Shown in pieces: positions 43,105-52,343 of a DNA stretch of 64,000 nucleotides. The notes under the pieces are model-generated. The model worked only from the letters and a program-made list of their open reading frames with translations, was not told the origin of the DNA and ran no database searches. How positions within the stretch are numbered: position 1 is the stretch's first letter; every line of letters starts with the position of its first letter. This stretch comes from Candidatus Latescibacterota bacterium (GTDB lineage: Bacteria; Latescibacterota; UBA2968; UBA8231), in the NCBI GenBank assembly GCA_965242865.1, contig CBDETK010000013.1, forward strand, positions 4,864,001-4,928,000. Reading direction: 5' to 3'. The position numbers were made by a program, and so were the translations under genes.

Positions 43105-45089
43105 CCGCCGCCGCGCCCAGCGCCCTCGTCGGCGCGGTCCTAACGGTGCTTGCAGGGCTGACGCCCAGCAGTGCCCAAGTCGAGGTGTGGCACATCGGCA
43201 AGGGGGGGCTTTCGTGGAGCTCGCAGGCCCAAACCCAGATCGGCGCCCTCGACGTCGCTGGCGGCTTACAGCCCGTACAGCTCCAAGCCGGAGAAAACCT
43301 CATCGAGCTGCTCCGCGCTTCGGGCCAACGCTTTCTCAATGGCCAACCCCGCGACTTCACCCTCGGCGGCCAACCCCGGGCGTGGTCCAACGACGGCTTC
43401 TTCAATCAAGTCGCTGGTTCCCTCGACCTAATTGACGGCGATCCAACGACCTCCTCGTCGGGCGTGTTCAAAACCGCGCAAAGCCAAGCCGGGGCGACGT
43501 TCTTCTGGGATTTGGGCGCTCCCTTTCCGGTCAACCGCATTCGCTTCTTTCCCGCGCCCGACGACGACGCCTTTGTCAAAGCCTTTGAGCTGCGGGTCAA
43601 CGACGGCGAATCCTTCAACGACTTCAGCCGGCCGCAATACGAACTCTTGCGGCGAGTAGAAGTCAATCGCCGCTCCACCGTAGATATTGAATTTGCGCCC
43701 TTGCAGGGCCGCTTCCTCCAGCTGCTCGTGCTATCCAAGACGGCGTTCAACATCGCGGAGTTTGAAATCTACGGGCAGGGCTTTGTGCCGGTGGCCCGCT
43801 ACGAGTCCGCGCTGCACTCCTTTGGCGGCCCGGTCAACTACGGCCGCTTGCGCATCCACGCGACCCAGCTCGGAAGCACTCAAGCGGCCACCGCGGCCAT
43901 TCAGCTGCGGACCGGCGCGGACGACAGCCCGCTGGCGTACTTTCGCCGCGACCGCGACACCGGGCGTCAGCAGGAGGTGTCGGCAGCCGAATACAACACC
44001 AACCTGCCGCGGCGCACCCTGTTCCGCCAAGACCCGGTCACCGGCGAGCTATTGGAGGAACTAGACCGGGCCGACTACCTCAACCTGCCGGTCGAGGAGC
44101 AAGGGCCGGTGCGCGATTTCGTCAAAGGCGACATCCGCGACGACGTAGCCAACTGGAGCGCGTGGTCGCCGAGTACGCCCATCGTCGGCACGGGCGCGAT
44201 CGCAGTGCCCATAGCGCTGCCTAGCCCGCGGGAATTCATGCAGTTCCGCATCCTCTTTGACGGCGACGCTGAAAACGCCGTGCGCATCGATACCTTGCAG
44301 GTGGAGTTTTCCCCAGGGCTCGTAGGCGCCGCGGTCGGGGAGGTCGCGCTGGCCGCCGATCCCTTTCCCGCCAGCGGCCTGCTCGAAGTCCAAGGCGGGC
44401 TCGACACGACCTTTACCTACGACATCCGCACCGAGTTCGCGGCCGGCGCGGCCGGATACCGCGGCGTCCGCATCGAGGCGTTTCCACCGCCGGTTTTTGA
44501 GAGCCTGCAAATGGGCGAGCCCCTGTCGGCGGTCGCAGACGTTGAGTGGACGGCCACCGCCCGCGGCTTTGACGTTTTCTTCCCCCCCATCGCCGAGGAC
44601 AACAACCAGCCCCTGCGGATCACCTTTCGCCTGCGGCTTTTGGAGCACAATACTCCGATCCATGCCTACCTCCTCGGCGCGGAGGGCATCCCGCCGCATC
44701 CCGTCGCCCCCGGCAATGCCAGCCAACTCGCCGGCACGGACGCGACCAACGCCTTTGCAACGCAGGCGCGGCCCGAGCTGCAACTCGCCCTTTCAACGGC
44801 CATTATCTCGCCCAATGGGGATGGCCGCAACGACGCCGTCGCGATTGACCTCGTGTTGTCCCAGTTTGCCGCCGCGACCGCCGTGGCCGTAGAGATTTTC
44901 GATCTCAGCGGCCGGCGGGTGCGCCAACTCGTCTCCCAACGCCGACCGGCCGGCTCGTACTCGGAACGCTGGGATGGCCGCGACGAACAAGGCGCGCTGG
45001 TCTGCCCGGGCCTGTACTTGTGCCGCGTGGGCGTGGAGGCCGATTTCGCCGCGTTTGCCGCCATAGAGCCGATCGGGGTGGCTTATTGA
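43101..45089 (+). CDS. Secreted discoidin-like domain protein with FlgD-Ig/T9SS type B-like C-terminal domain (paralog 1)
   Basis: Signal peptide; DLGAPFPVNRIRFFP...IAEFEIYG; ISPNGDGRND...IFDLSGRRVR...WDGRD...PGLYL; ends IGVAY. Confidence 0.8.
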   Translation: MTAAAPSALVGAVLTVLAGLTPSSAQVEVWHIGKGGLSWSSQAQTQIGALDVAGGLQPVQLQAGENLIELLRASGQRFLNGQPRDFTLGGQPRAWSNDGFFNQVAGSLDLIDGDPTTSSSGVFKTAQSQAGATFFWDLGAPFPVNRIRFFPAPDDDAFVKAFELRVNDGESFNDFSRPQYELLRRVEVNRRSTVDIEFAPLQGRFLQLLVLSKTAFNIAEFEIYGQGFVPVARYESALHSFGGPVNYGRLRIHATQLGSTQAATAAIQLRTGADDSPLAYFRRDRDTGRQQEVSAAEYNTNLPRRTLFRQDPVTGELLEELDRADYLNLPVEEQGPVRDFVKGDIRDDVANWSAWSPSTPIVGTGAIAVPIALPSPREFMQFRILFDGDAENAVRIDTLQVEFSPGLVGAAVGEVALAADPFPASGLLEVQGGLDTTFTYDIRTEFAAGAAGYRGVRIEAFPPPVFESLQMGEPLSAVADVEWTATARGFDVFFPPIAEDNNQPLRITFRLRLLEHNTPIHAYLLGAEGIPPHPVAPGNASQLAGTDATNAFATQARPELQLALSTAIISPNGDGRNDAVAIDLVLSQFAAATAVAVEIFDLSGRRVRQLVSQRRPAGSYSERWDGRDEQGALVCPGLYLCRVGVEADFAAFAAIEPIGVAY

Positions 45090-45103
45090 CCGCTTTGAGC
45101 AAC

Positions 45104-47143
45104 ATGCGGTGGCTGGTGCTGGTCCTCGCCCTCGGCGGCCCGGTGGCGGCCCAGACGCCCTCGGCTTGGGTCGTAGGGGGCGCGCACGGCGAGCCTTGGG
45201 CCGGGGCCGCAGCGCGCTGGATCGCCCTAGACGACTCCGCCCGCGCCGGGTCGATTCAGCCGCGGGCCATTCCGCACGGCCACTCGGTGACGCGCCAACT
45301 CGTGCGCACCGGCATTGCCACGACCCAGCGCAACCTCTTTGGCTATCGCTGGAGCTTGCACAAGGGGCCGCGCCAGATCGAGGCCGACACCTTGGAGGTC
45401 GGGTGGCATCCGCGCCTGTGGCTGGGGGGCGGAACCAATGCCAACGCCCCCGAGGTCATGCGCGGGCTGGTCGATGGCGATGTGCTGACCGCGGGCTTTA
45501 CCCACCGGGCGCGGGCCGATGGCCGCCCCAACAGCGTGCAGTTCATCACGCTCGACCTCGGCGTGCCCGTGCCGGTGGACAGCATCGCGTTCTTTCCGCC
45601 GCAGACCGGGCTGACCAGCGACAACCAGCGGCAGCGCGAGTTGTTCGCCCGCGCGTACGAAGTCAGCCGCACCAACGTGCCGGTCGAATGGCTGATCTTC
45701 GAGGACGAGACCGCATCGACCGGGTCGGCGGGATACCACCCCCTCGACGAAATTATCGCCAGCACCTTTGCCAACAACACGAGCGTAGTCTCCCTCGCAC
45801 CCGAGCGGCGCTTTACCCGCTTTCTCCGCTTCAAGTTCGGGGAGGTAGCCACCACGACCTTGCTCGCCGAAATCGAGGTCTTTGGCCGCGGCTACCCCCA
45901 AGAGGCCCGCTACATCTCCGCGCCCCATTCTTTTGGCCAAACCGTGAGCTTTGGGCGGGTCTGGTGGAAATTCACCCGCTACCGCCAATTGCCTTCCGGC
46001 GCGATCGCCGCCGATCCCACCGCCCCCGTGCAACTCCACGTGCAGACCCGCGCTGGCTTTGACGACGACCCTAAGACGTACTTCATCTTCGACGACCTCG
46101 GCCGGCTGGTGGAAGTCGATGAGAAGACCTATTTCGGCGCGCCGCGCGTGGTCGAGCGGTTTTCCGAGGGGATCGCCGGCTTCCGGGCCAAGCGCGACGA
46201 CGACGTGGAGAATTGGAACAACTGGTCGGTGGCTTATCAAGCGTCGGGCGACGAGATTCGCTCGTCCGATGGCGCCGAATTTCTCCAGTTTCGCTTTGTC
46301 ATCGCCACTGAAGACCCGCTGGCCTTTGGCGTCCTCGACAGCTTGGCTTTTGAGGTCTCGCCCCTGTTGGCCGCCCGGGCGCTGGCCGAAATCGCCCTCG
46401 ACGAGCGCGCCGCGGCGGGCGGGGTGGTCGAGGTGCCCCTCGGGGTCGTCCAGCGCTTTGCCTATCACATTCGCACGGTGGCCGGCACGAGCGACCGCGC
46501 CGGGTTCGATGGCATCGAGTTAGAGGTTCCGCCGGCCGCGCGCTTCCTCGACCTGACTATCGACGACCAGCCGGCGACCGAGGGCGTGGATTTTTCCCTC
46601 GCCGCCAGCAGCGGGCGGTTGCGCTTCACCTTTCCCGCGCCCTTCCGAGCGGACAAAGCGTTTCGCGTGCGCTTTCAAGGCGCGGTCTTTCAGCCATCGG
46701 TCTTTTTGGCCAGTCGCCTTTTTAATACCACCGCGGCGAGCCTGCCCCAGTCCATTGAGCCCGGCGATGCCCACGCCGACGTGGGCAGCAACAGCATCCA
46801 AGTCGTCTCCAGCGACTCGGCGCTGGGCCTTCTCGGGGCGATTGAGTTGTCGTCCCCGATAGTCACGCCCAACGGCGATGGAACCAACGATCGGGTCGCC
46901 ATTGAATTCGATTTGTTCGGCGTGGCCGGGGGCGCGTTGCGGGTCGAGGTGCGCGATCTGAGCGGTCGGCGCTGCGCCGCGCTCTTGGCCGCGCCGGCCG
47001 TGGCCGGGCCGTACGCGCTGCGGTGGGATGCGCGGGACGAGCGCGGGCAACTGGTGGCCCCAGGGCTGTACCTAATCCGCGTTGAGGTCGAAGTGGATCG
47101 CGGCGCGTTCGCCCGCTTGGTCGCGATCGGCGTTGCGTACTAA
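45104..47143 (+). CDS. Secreted discoidin-like domain protein with FlgD-Ig/T9SS type B-like C-terminal domain (paralog 2)
   Basis: ATG 45104, signal peptide; DLGVPVPVDSIAFFP...LAEIEVFG; VTPNGDGTND...WDARD...PGLYL; ends IGVAY. Confidence 0.8.
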   Translation: MRWLVLVLALGGPVAAQTPSAWVVGGAHGEPWAGAAARWIALDDSARAGSIQPRAIPHGHSVTRQLVRTGIATTQRNLFGYRWSLHKGPRQIEADTLEVGWHPRLWLGGGTNANAPEVMRGLVDGDVLTAGFTHRARADGRPNSVQFITLDLGVPVPVDSIAFFPPQTGLTSDNQRQRELFARAYEVSRTNVPVEWLIFEDETASTGSAGYHPLDEIIASTFANNTSVVSLAPERRFTRFLRFKFGEVATTTLLAEIEVFGRGYPQEARYISAPHSFGQTVSFGRVWWKFTRYRQLPSGAIAADPTAPVQLHVQTRAGFDDDPKTYFIFDDLGRLVEVDEKTYFGAPRVVERFSEGIAGFRAKRDDDVENWNNWSVAYQASGDEIRSSDGAEFLQFRFVIATEDPLAFGVLDSLAFEVSPLLAARALAEIALDERAAAGGVVEVPLGVVQRFAYHIRTVAGTSDRAGFDGIELEVPPAARFLDLTIDDQPATEGVDFSLAASSGRLRFTFPAPFRADKAFRVRFQGAVFQPSVFLASRLFNTTAASLPQSIEPGDAHADVGSNSIQVVSSDSALGLLGAIELSSPIVTPNGDGTNDRVAIEFDLFGVAGGALRVEVRDLSGRRCAALLAAPAVAGPYALRWDARDERGQLVAPGLYLIRVEVEVDRGAFARLVAIGVAY

Positions 47144-47152
47144 GGAGGCTCC

Positions 47153-49510
47153 ATGAAAACACTACCGCCAGCAGTTGCTTTCCTCCTCTTCGCGGCCGCG
47201 GTCAGCGGCCAAACCCTGCGCTTTGCCGGGTCCGATTTTGCGGCGTGGGCCCATCCGCAGGGGCTGGTCGAGGTCTTGCCGCAAGGCATTCAGGTGAAGC
47301 GCTTTGGCAAGCGGTTCAATGCGGTGGCCAATGCCCGGGCGTTTTCCGCCCAAGCCATCGGCGAATACGGGCAGCGCTTTGCGCGTACTCCGTCCAACCA
47401 ACCGCAGGCCGACTGGGCCGGCGACCAAGACCCCAATACTTGGTGGCAGCCGGACCCAAACACCCCGGTGCAATCGTGGTGGCTAGAGCTGGACTTGGGA
47501 CGCGCGGTCGTGGCCGACAAGGTGCGCGTCCTCTTTCCCAATCGCGCCGGGGCCAAGCCCTTTAGCTTTTTTTCCCTGTACGTCAGCCCGGGCATTCCGG
47601 TGTTCGGCGGCCGGGCCAAGCGCATCGTCTATCGCCGAGTGGGCCGGCCCATCAACAACAACACGGCGGAACAGGTCGAGTTCGACCTTGCGACGAGGGG
47701 CCTTGCCCCGGCCACGGGCGAGCATTTGAGCGCGAGCGAGGTCCTCAATTTCGATCTGGTGCGCTTTGTGCGCTTTGAAGCGGCGGGCGCGACGCCCGAT
47801 GCCGCGCTCGCCGAAATAGAGGTCGATGGCATTGGCTTCAACCTCGCCTCCATGGTGCAGACCGAGGATCGCCCCGAGCATTGGGGAGGACGGACGTGGA
47901 CGTCCAAGCACCGCGACTGCGAGGGCTGCGGCAAGGGCAGCGGGGCCGAGGCCCTCATCGACCAAGACGTGGGGTTTCGCGGCTGGAATATCGAGGGATC
48001 AGACAAGGGCAACTGGCGCGATTCCGGCGTCTGGTCCGTGGTCGATTTCGGCAACGTCTTTCGAGTCGATCGCCTCATCTGGCTGCCGATTGTGTCCGGG
48101 CGCGGCCCGTTCCTCTACGGATTCCAGCGCGACAAGCAGGGCAGTTGGCCCCACTTTGATTTCTTCGTCTCCGACGGCACCCCCAGCAATAGGGCCGATC
48201 CGGTCGTCGAAGGCCCCTTTCACTACGAATTGCTGTCCTCGGTGGCCAACGAGGGCCGCTATTTGTTCGACTTTCAGTTTGAGCCGCGCCCGCTGCGGCT
48301 GCTGTTGTGGCGCGTGACCCAGCCGCAGCAGTTCCACCGCGCCGCCCAGCTCTTCGTCTTTCACAGCGAGGGCTATCCCGCGCAAATCGAGCTGGAGTCC
48401 GAGGATATTTTCCTCGGCGGCGCCCGCAGCATGCGCTTTGTCGAATGGGACGCGGACCTGCCCGCGGGAACGCGCATCGAAGTAGAAACCCAAACCGGCA
48501 ATGGCTTCCAGACCGTCCAGCGCTACTTCCTCGCCAATGGCCGAGAGGTGACCAAGCAAGCCTACGAGGCCGCCAAGTCCCGCAACCGCGGCGACATCGT
48601 CGAGGAACAGGTCCGCGACGACACTTGGAGCGCGTATAGCCAGCCCCATCGGTTCTCGAGCCAAGCCTTTCTCTCGCCATCGCCGCGGCAGTGGTTGCGG
48701 GCGCGGGTGCGGCTCATCAGCGACGATCCCGCGGCCTTTCCCACCCTGCGGGCGCTCTCGTTTGTGGCCAACGCGCCGGTCATCACGGCGGGCCTGACCG
48801 GCCGCATCGTCCCCCGCGAAGCCGCCATGGACTCCTTGCAGGCGTTTCGCTACACCATCGCGCCAGTCGCCTTCCGCAGCCAAGACCCCGGGTTCGACCA
48901 CGCCCTCGTTCTGCTCCCGCCCGGCAGCGGCCGAGACGCCGCATTTATCAGCGCGTCCGTAGGGCGAGCAGCGGTCGCGGCCACCGGCTCGTTGCGCGGG
49001 GATTCGCTCTTGGTGGAGCTGCCACCGCCGCTCGTGCGACGGGATTCAGTGGCCATCGCCTTTGCCGCTCGCCTGTCCCACAGCCCCACCGTCTTCAATG
49101 CGTTTGTCTTTAATTCGGCCGCCAGCGACAACCGCCAAGGCGTGGTCCCGGCGGAATTCGGCGCCGATTTGGTCTTTGTGCCCGAAGCGGTCGCCAGCGG
49201 CTCGTTGATCCGCAACGTCGAGCACACTCGCGCCATAACTCCCAACGGCGACGGCGCAAACGACCAATGCGAGCTGCAATTCACCGTCGTCAAGACCGAG
49301 CAAGCGCCGCAGGTACAGGTCCTTACCCTAGATGGCCGGCCCCTAGTCGAGCTAGCGCACCAAGGCTCGCCCGGGCGGCGCGCCCGCTACGTGTGGGACG
49401 GACGGAGCGCTGGCCGCCCGGTGCCGCCCGGCCTCTATGTCCTGCGGATCGCCCTAGCGGCCGACGCCCGCGTCGATCGCGTTTACCGGCTCGTACACGT
49501 TGCTTATTGA
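47153..49510 (+). CDS. Secreted protein with two discoidin-like domains and FlgD-Ig/T9SS type B-like C-terminal domain (paralog 3)
   Basis: AAGGAGG RBS, signal peptide; DLGRAVVADKVRVLFP and DFGNVFRVDRLIW; ITPNGDGAND...WDGRS...PGLYV; ends VHVAY. Confidence 0.8.
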   Translation: MKTLPPAVAFLLFAAAVSGQTLRFAGSDFAAWAHPQGLVEVLPQGIQVKRFGKRFNAVANARAFSAQAIGEYGQRFARTPSNQPQADWAGDQDPNTWWQPDPNTPVQSWWLELDLGRAVVADKVRVLFPNRAGAKPFSFFSLYVSPGIPVFGGRAKRIVYRRVGRPINNNTAEQVEFDLATRGLAPATGEHLSASEVLNFDLVRFVRFEAAGATPDAALAEIEVDGIGFNLASMVQTEDRPEHWGGRTWTSKHRDCEGCGKGSGAEALIDQDVGFRGWNIEGSDKGNWRDSGVWSVVDFGNVFRVDRLIWLPIVSGRGPFLYGFQRDKQGSWPHFDFFVSDGTPSNRADPVVEGPFHYELLSSVANEGRYLFDFQFEPRPLRLLLWRVTQPQQFHRAAQLFVFHSEGYPAQIELESEDIFLGGARSMRFVEWDADLPAGTRIEVETQTGNGFQTVQRYFLANGREVTKQAYEAAKSRNRGDIVEEQVRDDTWSAYSQPHRFSSQAFLSPSPRQWLRARVRLISDDPAAFPTLRALSFVANAPVITAGLTGRIVPREAAMDSLQAFRYTIAPVAFRSQDPGFDHALVLLPPGSGRDAAFISASVGRAAVAATGSLRGDSLLVELPPPLVRRDSVAIAFAARLSHSPTVFNAFVFNSAASDNRQGVVPAEFGADLVFVPEAVASGSLIRNVEHTRAITPNGDGANDQCELQFTVVKTEQAPQVQVLTLDGRPLVELAHQGSPGRRARYVWDGRSAGRPVPPGLYVLRIALAADARVDRVYRLVHVAY

Positions 49511-49523
49511 GAGGGAATGCGCT

Positions 49524-52160
49524 GTGAGACGTCGAATGTTCATTTTCGCCCTACTGATGATGACGCCGCAAGGGGCCAGTGCCCAACGCGCCACCGGGTA
49601 CGATAACCCCTATTACACCACGGGCACGGAAGTTTCGCCGGCGACGCTCGTGCCCTCGGTGCGCAAGTGGTATTTGCCGCAGCGGCTGTACGCGCTGTAC
49701 GACTGGCGTCAAGAGCAATACTCCAACTACGCCCGCAATTACTACGAGCGCTACACCGAGGTCTTCTTGGAAGGTTCGCCGTTTTACGACGTGTACGGCG
49801 ATTACATCACCCAAGGCTGGCTGGTGTACGACTGGACCGAAGACTACCCGGAAGACAACGGCAGCATCATCACCAAAAATCCGCGCTTTCGCTCGTGGTT
49901 CAACAACCTGCTCGTATCGTCGAGTCAAGCTGGGCAGTTCCACTCGGCCCTGATGGTGGGCGACGGCATTCGCACGACCCTGACGCCGCTGACCTTTTCC
50001 AAGCCGCGCTTCGACGGCATTCAGTGGGACCTGACGACCGACAAGTACGCCCTGACCCTGCTGTCGTCGCGGGTCAGCAACACCGGAGAAATTTCCGCCA
50101 GCGAAGTTGGGGGGGGCGTCCAAGCCAATACCTTCACCTCCCTGATGGCCGCCAAGGGGCAGGTGCAGGTCGGGGATTTTGCCGCCCTCGGCGCGACCTT
50201 TGTCAATGCGGCGCACCGCAACTCCAACCTGCCGTTTGGCGACAACTCGCTCAGCGGCCTGCTCAGCGGCCCGATGAACACCGACTTTGTGCGCTCCATC
50301 GTGGTGCGCATTTCCGACGATTCGCCCGAAGATGGCGAGGGCGGCGCCTTGCTGTCGCGCTGGCGCATTTTCGTCAACGGGGTCGAGCACACCCAAGACA
50401 TCGTGCCCGTGGTGGAGGGCGGCATTCGCCGCGGCGGCGCGGTGGTGGCCAGCGGCACGGATGTCATCACCCTGACCTACAACATCGAAGACTTCTCCCC
50501 GAGCACGGACGACGCCATCGACGATTTCCGCGCGATCGAGCGCATTGAGATCGGCCTGGTGCTGGCCAACGACTACAAGGTTGAGGTGACCTCCAACAAG
50601 CAGACCAACAACCTCGGGACGCCCGTCTTCCTGCCGGTGCTGCGCGCGGCCGGCAACGTCAAGGACGGCTCGAATCAAGCCTTTCATCGGTTCAACTACG
50701 GCCTGCCCACCGGGACCCGCGTGTTGGGCTTTGACCTCGCGATTGCCGACCTGCAAGGCTTTGACTTCCGGGGCGAGTTCGTCCGCAACTTTCAGTATCG
50801 CCGCTTTCCCAACGAGAACCGGGCCAAGGACCAGACGCTGGCCACCCACGAGGCCCAAGCCTTCTACGCGACCGCGCAAAAGCGCGCCTATCCCTACACG
50901 GTGTTCGCCGAGATTTTCAGCATTGACGCGGATTACTCCACCCGCGCCTTCATCCCCAACGCCGAGGGGCAGGTGTTTTACGACAACGAGCAACGGCACC
51001 TGTACGAATTCGTCGATGACAACGACGATCAAGACGAGCTGCCAGACTGGACGCGGCGCACGTTTGGCAGCCGCGTCAACACTCGGCAGGGGCAGCAGTT
51101 GCTGACCGACGCCGCGGTGTTCCCGGGCATTGACGAGGACAACGACGACATTTCGGATTTCAACCGGAACTTCAACACCCAGCCCGACTACGAGGAGCCG
51201 TTTTTGCGCTTTGACGTGGACCCGCCGGAGTTTTTGTTCGGCATGGACATGAACAGCAACGGCGTCATCGACCGCTTTGAGGACGACGGCGAAGCCGATT
51301 ACCCCTACAAGCTGGGACGCCGGGGCTTCAATGCGTACGCCGCGGTCGAAATCCTGCCCAGCACCACCCTCATGGTCGGCTATCTCGACCAACGCCTGCT
51401 AGAGACGGCCCGCGAAAACCAAGCCGCGTACCTGCTGCTGACCGCGAAAAGGGAATTTCCCGAACGGGATTTCAGCGCGTGGCTGATTGCCCATCCGCGC
51501 AAGGTCCGCGACGACATTCCCGACGATGTGCTGTTGTGGCGCGACCTGCCCGGCACGCGGGGCCGCTCGGTTTTCACTCGCGACCTGCTGCCAGCGCGCG
51601 ACGCCTTCGTCAACACCACGTACCTCGAAGTCCACTACGACCGCTACCTGCCCTTGACGGCCAAGGTCAAACACGAATTCTATCAGCAGTTGGGGGATGG
51701 GGAAGGCGAATTGCGCGACCAGAGCTTCTTGGGCATTGTGACCAAAGGGGAGTACTCCACCCACGTTGGCGGCTGGACCCTCGTGCCAAAGTGGAAGCAG
51801 CTTTACGACAGCCGGGTGCCGGCCCAGCGCAGCGCGCTCAAAATCCGCGCCCTAACGGAAATTTTCTCCCTACAAGCCGTGCGCCGCATCAACCGAAACA
51901 TGCGCTTCATTGCCGGGGCCGAGTGCGAGCTGTTCAATAACCTCCGCCCCGCGCCCGACCCCCTGCCTTCGGGCTACCTCCTCGACGGCACGACGTGGGT
52001 GCTCGCCGGCCAAGTCGCCAACGACTCCGCATACTTGGGCTACGCCTTGACGACGAATGTCGGCGTGCGCTGGATCCGCAACAACCTCGACGGGTCGCCA
52101 GCTTCGTCCGAGCTGCTCTCCTTCATCACGGTGTACGCGGGCTTGGGCACCGATCGCTAA
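49524..52160 (+). CDS. Large secreted protein, putative outer-membrane beta-barrel with Asp-rich Ca-binding loops
   Basis: Signal peptide (ASA-Q); alternating amphipathic strands in the C-terminal half ending FITVYAGL; DDNDDQDELPD, DEDNDDISD, DMNSNGVID motifs. Barrel call is inference. Confidence 0.65.
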   Translation: MRRRMFIFALLMMTPQGASAQRATGYDNPYYTTGTEVSPATLVPSVRKWYLPQRLYALYDWRQEQYSNYARNYYERYTEVFLEGSPFYDVYGDYITQGWLVYDWTEDYPEDNGSIITKNPRFRSWFNNLLVSSSQAGQFHSALMVGDGIRTTLTPLTFSKPRFDGIQWDLTTDKYALTLLSSRVSNTGEISASEVGGGVQANTFTSLMAAKGQVQVGDFAALGATFVNAAHRNSNLPFGDNSLSGLLSGPMNTDFVRSIVVRISDDSPEDGEGGALLSRWRIFVNGVEHTQDIVPVVEGGIRRGGAVVASGTDVITLTYNIEDFSPSTDDAIDDFRAIERIEIGLVLANDYKVEVTSNKQTNNLGTPVFLPVLRAAGNVKDGSNQAFHRFNYGLPTGTRVLGFDLAIADLQGFDFRGEFVRNFQYRRFPNENRAKDQTLATHEAQAFYATAQKRAYPYTVFAEIFSIDADYSTRAFIPNAEGQVFYDNEQRHLYEFVDDNDDQDELPDWTRRTFGSRVNTRQGQQLLTDAAVFPGIDEDNDDISDFNRNFNTQPDYEEPFLRFDVDPPEFLFGMDMNSNGVIDRFEDDGEADYPYKLGRRGFNAYAAVEILPSTTLMVGYLDQRLLETARENQAAYLLLTAKREFPERDFSAWLIAHPRKVRDDIPDDVLLWRDLPGTRGRSVFTRDLLPARDAFVNTTYLEVHYDRYLPLTAKVKHEFYQQLGDGEGELRDQSFLGIVTKGEYSTHVGGWTLVPKWKQLYDSRVPAQRSALKIRALTEIFSLQAVRRINRNMRFIAGAECELFNNLRPAPDPLPSGYLLDGTTWVLAGQVANDSAYLGYALTTNVGVRWIRNNLDGSPASSELLSFITVYAGLGTDR

Positions 52161-52343
52161 GTGCTCTATTCAAACGCTTTCGCCAACTCTCAGCGGCACG
52201 ATAATTATGTAAGATTGTTTGGCGCGGAAATGTCATCTCGGTTTTGAATTTGCTCTGCTCAGTGGGTGATGAAGGAGAAAAATTGAGCGGCTTCCACCGC
52301 ACGGACGTCCCGATAGTTGACGACCTCAATCCTTTCTGCTTCT

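Noticed and set aside
49551-51392. 613-aa minus-strand ORF, and similar long antisense ORFs (45227..46468, 54221..55318, 61393..62547, 62641..63612)
   Set aside because: They are shadows of well-supported opposite-strand genes, expected at high GC, with no recognisable motifs.
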